NCBI GenBank assembly: GCA_947630045.1
Contig: CANRGC010000009.1
Coordinates: forward strand, 21,566-85,565
DNA: 64,000 nucleotides
Source: Candidatus Gastranaerophilales bacterium
Lineage (GTDB): Bacteria; Cyanobacteriota; Vampirovibrionia; Gastranaerophilales; Gastranaerophilaceae
Direction of reading: 5' to 3'
Below the pieces are notes generated by a model. The model was not told the DNA's origin. It saw only the letters and a list, made by a program, of their open reading frames with translations, and ran no database searches. Each line of letters opens with the position of its first letter. Within the stretch, counting starts at the first letter, position 1. The translations under genes were made by a program, and so were the position numbers. Positions 55,626-64,000 of this stretch are shown piece after piece.

Positions 55626-56159
55626 ATGGAAGTTTTTTTTGCAGACAAAAACAAAATTTCAAAAAACGCCGTTTTGCCTTTCTTAAAAGAAGAATTTAAC
55701 TCTTTAAAAAGAAGGGAAGAATATGCGCTTTCAAGATATTTGCTTGATTTTGCGCTCAAAAATTTTTATAATATTAAATCTTATTCAATTGAAGTTAAAA
55801 ATAAAAAGCCTTTTTTAAAAGACGAAAACCTTTATTTTTCTATTTCTCATTCAAAAGATATTGCGCTTATTGCTTTTGATGAAAGTGAAACGGGGGTTGA
55901 TGTTGAACTTATGAAAAACAGAGATTTTTCAAAGTTTTCAAAACGTTTTTCTAAAAAATTTGACAATAAAAAAGATTTTTATAAATTTTGGACCGAGCTT
56001 GAATCAAAAATAAAACTTCAAAAGAAAGTGTGTTTTTTTAAAAACTTTGAAATTTATGATTATTTTGTTTCGGTTGCTTCAAAAAACAGAATTGAAAATT
56101 TAACAGTATACGAAATGGAGAAAGATGAATGTTTAAAAAAATTACCGCCTTTATCTTAG
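55626..56159 (+). CDS. 4'-phosphopantetheinyl transferase (Sfp-type)
   Basis: FSISHSKDIALIAFDESETGVDVE and FYKFWTELESKIK. Confidence 0.75.
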   Translation: MEVFFADKNKISKNAVLPFLKEEFNSLKRREEYALSRYLLDFALKNFYNIKSYSIEVKNKKPFLKDENLYFSISHSKDIALIAFDESETGVDVELMKNRDFSKFSKRFSKKFDNKKDFYKFWTELESKIKLQKKVCFFKNFEIYDYFVSVASKNRIENLTVYEMEKDECLKKLPPLS

Positions 56160-57172
56160 TTTTAGCCGCTTTTTTGATTGTTCAAAACAAAAGCTACGCT
56201 TTCTTTTTCAAAAAAAAGACAAATGTTCAAACAGAAAAAAGAAACTTGAGTTTTGTTCCCGTTAACGAAGCTTCGGGCAATATTATTTGGGTTGGAACTT
56301 TTCAATTGGTTTGGAATGACCTTGAAGATGAAATCGTTAAAGCGCCCGTTGAGTTTATAAATTATAAATCTGAATTAGCTGAAAAATTGAACAAAAAAGG
56401 CTTTTTAAGCACCGATATTTCCGAAAATTCATATTATAAAAATCACGGATATATGACGGACAAATTTAAAAAAGAAATTGAAAAAAGCATTGAAAAAAAA
56501 TTTAATGAAAAAAGTGATATCTTAGACAGTTTAAACTGGAGCCCCGAAAACTATCTTTTATATGCGATGTTAAAAAAAGATTTTGAATATCCGACTGAAT
56601 TTGCAATTTTAAATAATTCCGATTTCACGGGCGAAAAGGTTAAATATTTCGGAATGAGAGAAAATGCAAAACAGGCTCAAAGAAATAATGTTGAGGTTCT
56701 TTTTTATAACTCAAAAGATGACTATGCGGCTAAGCTGATTACAAAAACCGACGATGAGGTTATTTTATACAGAACGAATGATGATAAATCTTTGGAAGAA
56801 TATTTTAAAGATTTAAATAAAAAAACAGAAAAATATGAAGGCTCAAAAATTTTTGAGGAAGAAGACAGCTTAAAAGTTCCGTTTATAAAGTTTGATGAAA
56901 TATTCAGCTATAACGAATTAAGGGGCAAAAAAATCAAGGGGTCTGATTATGTAATTGATTCAGCCATTCAAACCGCAAAATTCAAACTTGACAATAAAGG
57001 CGGAAGCTTAAAAAGTGAAGCTGCAATTGCAACCTGTAAAGCAATGCCGATTATTAGCGGAAGAAAATTTGAATTTAATAAGCCTTTTATCTTGTTTTTA
57101 ATTGAAAAAAATAAGAAAGTTCCTTATTTTATAACAAAATTCAATAACGCTTCCCTTTTTGAAAAACCTTAA
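56129..57172 (+). CDS. secreted serpin-like protein (probable serine-protease inhibitor)
   Basis: Signal peptide MFKKITAFILVLAAFLIVQNKSYA. The C-terminus IQTAKFKLDNKGGSLKSEAAIATCKAMPIISGRKFEFNKPFILFLIEKNKKVPYFITKFNN fits the serpin hinge/RCL/s1C-s5B pattern (..E.G.EAAA.T........F.....PF.F.I......LF.G.V..). Confidence 0.6.
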   Translation: MFKKITAFILVLAAFLIVQNKSYAFFFKKKTNVQTEKRNLSFVPVNEASGNIIWVGTFQLVWNDLEDEIVKAPVEFINYKSELAEKLNKKGFLSTDISENSYYKNHGYMTDKFKKEIEKSIEKKFNEKSDILDSLNWSPENYLLYAMLKKDFEYPTEFAILNNSDFTGEKVKYFGMRENAKQAQRNNVEVLFYNSKDDYAAKLITKTDDEVILYRTNDDKSLEEYFKDLNKKTEKYEGSKIFEEEDSLKVPFIKFDEIFSYNELRGKKIKGSDYVIDSAIQTAKFKLDNKGGSLKSEAAIATCKAMPIISGRKFEFNKPFILFLIEKNKKVPYFITKFNNASLFEKP

Positions 57173-57987
57173 AGCGGAAGAATAAAAATCATAATTGAAA
57201 TAAACATAACAAAAAGAACTCCGAAAACTATCATATAAAAAAGCCTGTCGTTATCTGTTCGGGGTTCTTTTTTATTTTCTTTTTCGGGTTTTTCTTTCCT
57301 TTTTTTCTTATGATTTTCTTTTTGAGCGGTCTTTTTATTTTTTGAAGGCGTTTCTCTTTTTTTCTTTTTAAAATCAGCTTTTATAACTTTTTCATCCTTA
57401 ATATCAGAAGCTGAATTTAATGTTTCATCACTGTTTTCTTTTTCATCTTGAATGTTTTCATCAGTTTCATTTTGAGCCCTTTTTAAAATTTCTTCGGCAA
57501 CATCAGGCGTGTCTTGTCTTATTTCCTGATATTTTTCTTTAAATTTATACTTTTTTCCCGTCATTAAAATATCAATATCAAAATGAGAATTTATAATTTT
57601 TTTGTTAGCCCAATTGTTTTTAATTGCATAATTAATTGAAAGCTCAAACCCTCTTTTTAAACACTCTAAAGCCTCGCTCCCGCTTAGTTTGCCGTCATCA
57701 TGCGCCGCTTGGTTTCCCTTTGCTTTTATAAAATATAAATCATCTATAAACTCTTTATCTGTAGGGTTTTCACCCAAAATGTCTTTTAAAGTGGCAAGCA
57801 TTTCATCAAAAGTTTCTTCGTTTGTTCTTCTTACCCCGAGAGTTTTTTTACAAATAATTTCGGCAAATTTTCTTGCCTGAATGGCAGCCTGTTCAAAATA
57901 TCCGTCACGATAAAGCTTTTCCGCTTCATTCATAATATTAAAAAGCTTTGAGTCTTTATTTTTGAGAAATTCAAAATTTGAAGTCAT
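57169..57987 (-). CDS. DUF4145-like N-terminal domain protein with a Lys/Glu-rich linker and a C-terminal TM anchor
   Basis: MTSNFEFLKNKDSKLFNIMNEAEKLYRDGYFEQAAIQARKFAEIICK...IKAKGNQAAHD is the NFxFL...AE...GN.AAH pattern seen at HsdR N-termini. KKKRETPSKNKKTAQKENHKKKRKEKPEKENKK follows. C-terminal TM helix FYMIVFGVLFVMFISIMIFIL. Confidence 0.55.
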   Translation of the reverse strand: MTSNFEFLKNKDSKLFNIMNEAEKLYRDGYFEQAAIQARKFAEIICKKTLGVRRTNEETFDEMLATLKDILGENPTDKEFIDDLYFIKAKGNQAAHDDGKLSGSEALECLKRGFELSINYAIKNNWANKKIINSHFDIDILMTGKKYKFKEKYQEIRQDTPDVAEEILKRAQNETDENIQDEKENSDETLNSASDIKDEKVIKADFKKKKRETPSKNKKTAQKENHKKKRKEKPEKENKKEPRTDNDRLFYMIVFGVLFVMFISIMIFILPL

Positions 57988-58049
57988 AAAATAATTATAC
58001 AATTTTTATTAAACTTTAAAAGACAAATTTTTTGTGTTATTTTTTTCTT

Positions 58050-58676
58050 ATGTTTACAGGCTTGATTGAAGATATAGGAAAAATTTCGGACATATCCGAA
58101 ATAAAAAACGGCAAGTTGCTTGTTGTTGAAACATCCATAAATACGGACGAGATTAAAATCGGCGATTCCGTATCAATAAACGGCGCATGCCAGACGGTTA
58201 TTAAAAAATCAAACAAATGTCTTGTCTTTGAAGCAATGAAAGAAACTTTATCCAGAACAAATTTTTCTTTCCTTAAAAAGGGCGATTTTGTTAACCTTGA
58301 AAGGGCTATGCTTATAAATTCAAGGCTGGACGGGCATATTGTTTCGGGGCATATTGATTCTTGCGAAAAAATTTTAAACATTAAAAATGACGGCTTATCG
58401 GAAATTTTTGAAATCGGCGGAAGCGTTGATTTAGTTGTTGAAAAGGGTTCAATTTCCATAAACGGAATAAGCCTTACCGTATCAAAAGTTTTAAAAAATT
58501 CTTTTGAGGTATCAATTTTACCGCACACTTTAAACAATACAAATCTTAAATATTTAAAAGAAAATGACTTTGTAAACATTGAATATGACATGATAGGGAA
58601 ATATATTAAAAAATTTGTTGAACAAAAGAAAGACTCTAAAATCACAAGAGAATTTCTTATTGAAAACGGCTTTTAA
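58050..58676 (+). CDS. ribE: riboflavin synthase alpha chain
   Basis: MFTGLIEDIGKI...GDSVSINGACQTV...SINGISLTV shows the two lumazine-binding repeats. Confidence 0.95.
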   Translation: MFTGLIEDIGKISDISEIKNGKLLVVETSINTDEIKIGDSVSINGACQTVIKKSNKCLVFEAMKETLSRTNFSFLKKGDFVNLERAMLINSRLDGHIVSGHIDSCEKILNIKNDGLSEIFEIGGSVDLVVEKGSISINGISLTVSKVLKNSFEVSILPHTLNNTNLKYLKENDFVNIEYDMIGKYIKKFVEQKKDSKITREFLIENGF

Positions 58677-58689
58677 GGAAGGACAAAAG

Positions 58690-59916
58690 ATGTTTAACAC
58701 AATAAAAGAAGCAATTGAAGATTTTAAAATCGGCAAACCCGTTATTGTTGCGGACGATGAAGACAGAGAAAACGAAGGAGATTTAATTCTTCCGGCTTCT
58801 TTCACAACACCTGAATGGATAAATTTTATGGCAACAAATTGCAGAGGGCTTATCTGTCATGCCATTACAAAAGAAATAGCGGATAAAATCGGAATTTCGC
58901 CCATGGTGGAAAATAATACCGATATCAAAGGAACAAACTTTACGCAAAGCGTGGATGCCGACCCCAAATATGGTGTTACAACAGGAATTTCAGCCTTTGA
59001 CAGAGCAAAGACCATTCAGGTTATTATTGATAAAAATTCAAACGAAAAAGATTTAAGACGCCCCGGACACATCTTCCCTTTAATTGCAAAGGAAGGCGGT
59101 GTTTTAAAACGTGCGGGACACACCGAAACGGCGGTTGATTTAGCAAGACTTGCGGGGCTTATTCCTTCCGGCGTTATTTGTGAAATTATGAACGAAGACG
59201 GCACAATGGCGAGAAGGGATGACTTATTTGAATTTGCAAAAACACATAATATTAAGCTTATAACGGTTGCCGATTTAATTGAATACCGTCTGGGCTTTGA
59301 AAGACACGTTAAAAGAATGGTTCAAACTCCGCTTCCAACCGAATTTGGAGATTTTGAAATATACGGATATCTTGATGAATTAACAGGCGTTGAACATGTT
59401 GCTCTTGTTAAAGAAGATAATTCAGACAAAACCCCGCTTGTAAGAATGCACTCAGAGTGTTTAACGGGGGATATTTTTCACAGCCTGAAATGCGATTGCA
59501 ACCAACAGCTTACAGACTCCCTTAAAATGATTTCAGATTACGGAAAGGGCGCTCTTGTTTATATAAGAGATCATGAAGGGAGAGGAATCGGGCTTATAAA
59601 CAAGCTTAAAGCTTACAGATTGCAAGATATGGGACAAGACACAATCGACGCCAACATTTCTTTAGGGTTTAAATCAGATTTAAGAAACTACGGAACAGGC
59701 GCTCAAATTCTTGTAGATTTAGGCTATAAGGAATTTAACCTGATTACAAACAACCCTAAAAAAATTGTTGCTCTTAAGGGTTACGGGCTTAATGTAAAAG
59801 AAAGAATAGGAATAAGCCCTAAAATCAATAAATTTAACGAAAGATACATTCAAACAAAAATAAAAAGGATGTCGCATATGTATATAGATGTAAATAAAGA
59901 AGCAACCAAATGTTAA
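58690..59916 (+). CDS. ribBA: bifunctional 3,4-dihydroxy-2-butanone-4-phosphate synthase / GTP cyclohydrolase II
   Basis: GKPVIVADDEDRENEGDLI...RPGHIFPL..KEGGVLKRAGHTE is the RibB part. VRMHSECLTGDIFHSLKCDCNQQL is the RibA zinc site. Confidence 0.95.
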   Translation: MFNTIKEAIEDFKIGKPVIVADDEDRENEGDLILPASFTTPEWINFMATNCRGLICHAITKEIADKIGISPMVENNTDIKGTNFTQSVDADPKYGVTTGISAFDRAKTIQVIIDKNSNEKDLRRPGHIFPLIAKEGGVLKRAGHTETAVDLARLAGLIPSGVICEIMNEDGTMARRDDLFEFAKTHNIKLITVADLIEYRLGFERHVKRMVQTPLPTEFGDFEIYGYLDELTGVEHVALVKEDNSDKTPLVRMHSECLTGDIFHSLKCDCNQQLTDSLKMISDYGKGALVYIRDHEGRGIGLINKLKAYRLQDMGQDTIDANISLGFKSDLRNYGTGAQILVDLGYKEFNLITNNPKKIVALKGYGLNVKERIGISPKINKFNERYIQTKIKRMSHMYIDVNKEATKC

Positions 59917-59940
59917 TTGGTAATTTATTTATGATATAAT

Positions 59941-60954
59941 ATGCCTAAGATTTTTGGGGAAATAGTTTTTATGTACAATACGGAAGTTTTATCCGAAAAA
60001 TATTTCAAAATTTTCATGGGCGCTTATAACGATTTTCGTGTAAACTGCAAAGAAAGTTATAAATTTGAGCTTGACCCGCTTACGTATGATGAATTTTTGG
60101 AAAATTATAACAAGGGAATTATAAAGTGTATTGTTCTTCTTGAAGATTCTATTCCCACAGCCTTTCTCGCATATTCAGAGGCTCAGGAAGGGGCAATTGA
60201 ACTTTATGTAATTCACTGTTTGGGTCATGAAAATTTGGGCGAAAAGAGAAAATTATTGCTGAAAGCCTTTTTAAGAGAAACGGAAAATTCACGTGAAACA
60301 AAGCTTGTAAGCTATCCAATGCTTGGCTTGCAGGAAGAATTTAAATATGACATAAAAGATTTCGGATTTGATTTCGTAAATCTTGCAGTTTTAGATTTTC
60401 CTATAACAGACAAAAAAGAAACAAGAACTCTTGAAAAAATCAGATTTACCGATTTGCCCATAGGATACAAGATTGTTCCTTACAGAGAGCTTTTCAGAGA
60501 TGAATTAAAAGACTGTATTTTTAAATCTTTCAAAAATACGTCAGATATAAATTTTGACCCGAGATTTAAAACAAATGAAGGGGTTTTAGATATTACAAAC
60601 AAAATAACGGATGGCATTTACGGAAGATTTTTGTCTTCCGCCTCAAGAATTTTGTGTTTTGAAAATGAAGTTGTGGGCTTTTGCCTTGCAAATCTGACGG
60701 GGCTTCATATTGCAAACATTCCGCTTGTGGGAATTGTTCCCGAACACAGAGGGCTGGGGCTTTCTGAAGTTATGTTGAAACAAACGGTGGAAGAAATTAT
60801 AAAATCTAACAAACAAGGTTTAATTGAAGTTGACACATTAAATGTAAGCACGGACTATGACAATGCGCCCGCAGTTAAAATGTATCAACAAATGGGCTTT
60901 AGGGTTTCATATACCTATCCGCAAGCCTTTTTGCCCGTAAAGACTGGATATTAA
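59941..60954 (+). CDS. GNAT-family N-acetyltransferase (two-lobed)
   Basis: VGFCLANLTGLHIANIPLVGIVPEHRGLGLSEVML...NAPAVKMYQQMGFRV. The start is uncertain (59941 or ATG 59971). Confidence 0.7.
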   Translation: MPKIFGEIVFMYNTEVLSEKYFKIFMGAYNDFRVNCKESYKFELDPLTYDEFLENYNKGIIKCIVLLEDSIPTAFLAYSEAQEGAIELYVIHCLGHENLGEKRKLLLKAFLRETENSRETKLVSYPMLGLQEEFKYDIKDFGFDFVNLAVLDFPITDKKETRTLEKIRFTDLPIGYKIVPYRELFRDELKDCIFKSFKNTSDINFDPRFKTNEGVLDITNKITDGIYGRFLSSASRILCFENEVVGFCLANLTGLHIANIPLVGIVPEHRGLGLSEVMLKQTVEEIIKSNKQGLIEVDTLNVSTDYDNAPAVKMYQQMGFRVSYTYPQAFLPVKTGY

Positions 60955-60966
60955 AGAGGTTAAAAA

Positions 60967-62553
60967 ATGAAAGTATTAATAACTGACAAAATTAATGAAG
61001 CGGCAGTAAAAATTGTTCAGGAAGTTGCCGAGGTTGATAATCTTCCCACAATGGAAGAAGATGAGCTTGTGAAAATTATAGGACAGTATAATGCCCTTCT
61101 TGTTCGTTCACAAACAAAAGTAACCGCAAAAATTATCGAAGCGGCAAACAATATGAAAATAATAGGACGTGCAGGCGTCGGAGTTGACAATATTGACCTT
61201 GATGCCGCAACAAAAAAGGGAATTATCGTTGTAAATTCACCTGACGGAAACACTAATGCCGCAGCGGAACACACCGTTGCAATGTTAATGGCAATGAACA
61301 GAAATATTCCCGCTGCCGACGCTTCCGTTAAACAGGGTTTGTGGGAAAGGTCTAAATTTACCGGCGTTGAGGTTTTTGGCAAAACTCTGGGCGTTATAGG
61401 GTTTGGGAAAATCGGACAACATGTTGCCCAAATTGCGCTTGCAATGGGAATGAAGCTTGTTGTAAACGACCCTTACACAACAAAAGAATACGTTGAAAAA
61501 TTCGGCGGAAAATATATAGAACATCTTGACGATTTTTGGAGTATACCTGATTTTATTACAATTCACACTCCAAAAACAAAAGAGACAACCTCTTTAATCA
61601 ACAAAAATACAATAAACAGAATGAAAAAAGGGGTTAGAATTATAAACTGCGCAAGAGGCGGAATAATTGACGAACAGGCTTTGTTTGAAGCAATCGAATC
61701 CGGTCAGGTTAAGTCTGCCGCAATTGACGTTTATGAAGATGAAAAAAACGTTCAAAATTCTCCGCTTTTAAAATTGGGAAACAAAATTGTCTTGACCCCG
61801 CATTTGGGAGCAAGCACAAGTGAAGCTCAAATTAATGTTGCGCTTGACGTTGCAAGTCAGGTCAATGACGTTTTATCGGGCAGGGACGCAACCAGCGCCG
61901 TTAATATTCCTTCCTTGAAACCAAACAAACTGGAACCTGTTAAAGAATATATGTCAATTTCAGAATCAATTGCAAAAATTGCTTCTCAAACAATGGAAGG
62001 AAATTTAAGGGGAATTGAAATTGTCGTTAGAGGAAATCTTGCAAACCTTGACGTTTCACCTCTTGAAGTTGCCGTTTTAAAGGGAATTTTATCCGCAAAC
62101 CTTGTCGGGGTTAACTATGTAAACGCTCCGTTTATTGCAAAACAAAGAGGAATTAATGTTGTTGTTCAAAAATCTGAACAGTCAACCGATTACATAGGTT
62201 CAATTTCCGTTAAATTGACAACTGATAAAGAGGACGTTGAAGTTGCAGGTGCGCTTATTGCTCCTTCAGTTGAGAGAATAGTAAAGCTAAATAAATATAT
62301 AACTTCAATTGAGCCTGATAAATATATGTTAATCGTGCCGCACACAAATAAACCCAACATGATTGGTCAGGTGGCTTCCGTTTTGGGTCAGGACGGAGTT
62401 AACATTTCAAAAATGCAAGTTGCACAAAAACACGACAAAGATGATGATATAAGCCTTATGATTATAAATACTGACGGCATTGTTGAAAATTCAACTCTTG
62501 ATAAAATTTCAAAAATCGAAGGGGTTATATCTTCAAAATTTATAAAACTCTAG
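60967..62553 (+). CDS. serA: D-3-phosphoglycerate dehydrogenase (long form with ASB and ACT domains)
   Basis: GRAGVGVDNIDLDAATKKGIIVVNSP, NAD motif GVIGFGKIGQHVA, NCARGGIIDE, and HLGAST. A C-terminal ACT-like region is present. Confidence 0.95.
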   Translation: MKVLITDKINEAAVKIVQEVAEVDNLPTMEEDELVKIIGQYNALLVRSQTKVTAKIIEAANNMKIIGRAGVGVDNIDLDAATKKGIIVVNSPDGNTNAAAEHTVAMLMAMNRNIPAADASVKQGLWERSKFTGVEVFGKTLGVIGFGKIGQHVAQIALAMGMKLVVNDPYTTKEYVEKFGGKYIEHLDDFWSIPDFITIHTPKTKETTSLINKNTINRMKKGVRIINCARGGIIDEQALFEAIESGQVKSAAIDVYEDEKNVQNSPLLKLGNKIVLTPHLGASTSEAQINVALDVASQVNDVLSGRDATSAVNIPSLKPNKLEPVKEYMSISESIAKIASQTMEGNLRGIEIVVRGNLANLDVSPLEVAVLKGILSANLVGVNYVNAPFIAKQRGINVVVQKSEQSTDYIGSISVKLTTDKEDVEVAGALIAPSVERIVKLNKYITSIEPDKYMLIVPHTNKPNMIGQVASVLGQDGVNISKMQVAQKHDKDDDISLMIINTDGIVENSTLDKISKIEGVISSKFIKL

Positions 62554-62561
62554 TTATTTAA

Positions 62562-62590
62562 AAAAAAGGTCTTAAATTAAGACCTTTTTT
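62562..62590. terminator. bidirectional terminator between serA and prmC
   Basis: aaggtctt (62566-62573) pairs with aagacctt (62579-62586). It is flanked by an A-run and a T-run and overlaps the last prmC codons. Confidence 0.6.
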
Positions 62591-63425
62591 CTTTTAATTT
62601 AGCCTTTATAACCCTTTCATGACCGCTTAAATCTTTTATGACTTTTATGTCGAAAAAGCCGTTTTTAATCAAAATTTCTTTTATAAAGTCCGCTTGGTTA
62701 TACATAATTTCAAAAAGAATTGTGCCGTTTTTATTTAAATAATAAGGGGCGCTCTCAACTATTTTTTCATAAAAATAAACCCCTTTTTCATCATTTGTAT
62801 AAAGCGCAATATCCGGTTCAAAAAGAACTTCCCTTTGAATTGTTTTCTTCATTTTAACCGGAATATAAGGCGGGTTTGAAATAATGAGGTCAAACTTTTC
62901 ATTCAAACTTGAAAAAATATCCGATTTTATAAAAGAAATGTTTTCAAGGTTTAATTTTTTTGCGTTTTTTCGGGCAATTTCAAGCGCCAAATCAGAAATA
63001 TCAACCCCCGTAACATCAAGAGTCGGGTTTCTTTTTTTCAGCATACAGGCTATTATTCCGCTTCCCGTTCCGATATCAAGAACTTTTGCCTTTAAAAAAG
63101 CTTCCTCAAGCCCGCTTAAAACAAGAAGCTCCGTTTCGGGACGGGGAATTAAAACATTTTCATCGACATAAAAAATTTCCCCCATAAAAAAGGCTTGGCA
63201 CAAAACATATTGAATGGGCTTTTTTGTTTCAATTCTTTTTTTTATATAAGGCAAAATTGTGTCGTCATCAAAATTTTCGACAAAAAGAAGCTCTTCTTTT
63301 GTTTTTTTTAAAACAAGCTCCAAAATAAGCTCTAATTCGGCTATGGCTTCGCTTTTTTCAATTCCTGAATTTATAAGAAGATTTAAAAATTCATTCTTCT
63401 TCATTAGAATTTTCTCCGCCGTCAA
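62577..63425 (-). CDS. prmC: peptide chain release factor N5-glutamine methyltransferase
   Basis: PRPETE..., LDIGTGSGIIA and the NPPY motif (LIISNPPYI). Confidence 0.9.
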   Translation of the reverse strand: MTAEKILMKKNEFLNLLINSGIEKSEAIAELELILELVLKKTKEELLFVENFDDDTILPYIKKRIETKKPIQYVLCQAFFMGEIFYVDENVLIPRPETELLVLSGLEEAFLKAKVLDIGTGSGIIACMLKKRNPTLDVTGVDISDLALEIARKNAKKLNLENISFIKSDIFSSLNEKFDLIISNPPYIPVKMKKTIQREVLFEPDIALYTNDEKGVYFYEKIVESAPYYLNKNGTILFEIMYNQADFIKEILIKNGFFDIKVIKDLSGHERVIKAKLKEKRS

Positions 63426-63900
63426 TAATTTCCATTATCCAATTTCTAAGCTCAAGCCTTGTTGCTTCTTTTGTGTCTTTCATTTGAAGCCCGTGGGCTT
63501 TTGTGATTTTTTCATAATAAAAAAGTTGTTTTTTGGTTGGTTTTAATTTGCTTAGCTTAAAATCGTTGGCACGTTTTCTCTGTTCTTTTTGATAGGCTTT
63601 TTGTTTTTCTATTAAAGGTTTCATTGCCTCTTTTTGTTTAAGTTCATACAAAACTTCATTTATAAAGGTTTTTAAATCTTTTATAAAATCTTCATCTTCA
63701 AAAAGCGGAATAACAAACTCAAAATGGGGATTATTCATTTGAAAATAATAATTTTCGTCTTCAATAAATTTATCTATAATGTCATAAACACAAAGCGTTT
63801 GATTTTTTTTAACAAAAGACTTTAAAAAGCTTAAAAGCATTGCTTTTTGCCTTTGGGTTAAATTTAAAAAAATTGTGTTTTTTATATTAAACATCTTCAT
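63391..63900 (-). CDS. hypothetical protein between era and prmC
   Basis: 169 aa overlapping both neighbours (14 nt with the era stop, 35 nt with the prmC start). The central part is basic ([27 protein letters not shown]). I recognise no family. Confidence 0.5.
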   Translation of the reverse strand: MKMFNIKNTIFLNLTQRQKAMLLSFLKSFVKKNQTLCVYDIIDKFIEDENYYFQMNNPHFEFVIPLFEDEDFIKDLKTFINEVLYELKQKEAMKPLIEKQKAYQKEQRKRANDFKLSKLKPTKKQLFYYEKITKAHGLQMKDTKEATRLELRNWIMEIIDGGENSNEEE

Positions 63901-64000
63901 ACCCGAGCATTTTTAGTGCATTTTTATCTTTTTGCCAATTTTTCTTTACTTTAACAAAAAGCTCAAGAAAAACTTTTTTTTCAATTATTTCTTCAATCTC
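63887..64000 (-). CDS. era: GTPase Era, C-terminal end. The gene runs off the right edge.
   Basis: My translation of the minus strand is ...[37 protein letters not shown]. It matches the conserved Era KH-domain tail (V.LEL.VKVK..W..D...L..LGY). Confidence 0.8.
   Translation of the reverse strand, partial: EIEEIIEKKVFLELFVKVKKNWQKDKNALKMLGYEDV

Noticed and set aside
58003-58049. FMN riboswitch expected upstream of ribE-ribBA
   Set aside because: The intergenic space is only about 47 nt and AT-rich, which is too short for an FMN aptamer. None of the conserved FMN-element sequence is visible.
58037-58645. 202-aa ORF antisense to ribE
   Set aside because: It lies entirely inside the well-supported riboflavin synthase gene on the opposite strand. 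Its sequence is low-complexity and F/S/I/K-rich, typical of a shadow frame in AT-rich DNA. It has no SD and no recognisable motif.
1-64000. Search for CRISPR arrays, tandem or dispersed repeats, IS elements, integrases, phage blocks, toxin-antitoxin pairs, restriction-modification genes or reverse transcriptases
   Set aside because: I could see none by eye in either the ORF translations or the intergenic DNA. Intergenic regions are short and carry only terminator hairpins and AT-rich promoter-like sequence. A computational repeat search would be needed to be definitive.

Overview
AT-rich (by eye, not computed), gene-dense chromosomal window, roughly 90% coding, with about 70 protein genes and one tRNA. 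I found no rRNA, CRISPR array, transposase, integrase, phage gene or recognisable defence gene, so this reads as core genome and not an accessory island. Housekeeping genes include obg, infC, rplS-rbgA-rnhB, rpmG-tRNA(Trp)-secE-nusG-rplK-rplA, rpmI-rplT, recO, mutS, coaD, ribE-ribBA, serA, prmC and era. A four-subunit 2-oxoacid:ferredoxin oxidoreductase indicates anaerobic metabolism. Diderm envelope genes include an LptD-like protein, an MlaA-domain protein, an SLH-domain protein, an M23 peptidase and a PLD-family protein. Type IV pilus genes are pilQ, a PilP-like gene and pilT. Flagellar genes fall into two blocks: slt-fliE-fliF-X-fliH-flhA at 28.7-35.4 kb and fliJ-fliK-like-short flgE/G-like at 50-51.9 kb. 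SLH anchoring, an RpaB-like orphan response regulator, the oxidoreductase and a secreted serpin together resemble gut non-photosynthetic relatives of cyanobacteria (Melainabacteria/Vampirovibrionia). That assignment is inference only. Four items look most worth follow-up. (1) The gene in the fliG slot lacks the FliG hallmarks I can read, within a flagellar operon that lacks flgBC and fliI. (2) An MlaA/VacJ domain is fused to an alpha/beta-hydrolase with a readable Ser-Asp-His triad. (3) A 575-aa acidic zinc-ribbon protein is translationally coupled between pilT and recO. (4) A PilP-like protein carries a ~215-aa hyper-acidic cytoplasmic extension next to pilQ. I cannot demonstrate a new multi-gene system from sequence alone, and all functional novelty claims below are hypotheses. 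Start codons were refined by eye from SD-like motifs and may be off by a few codons.
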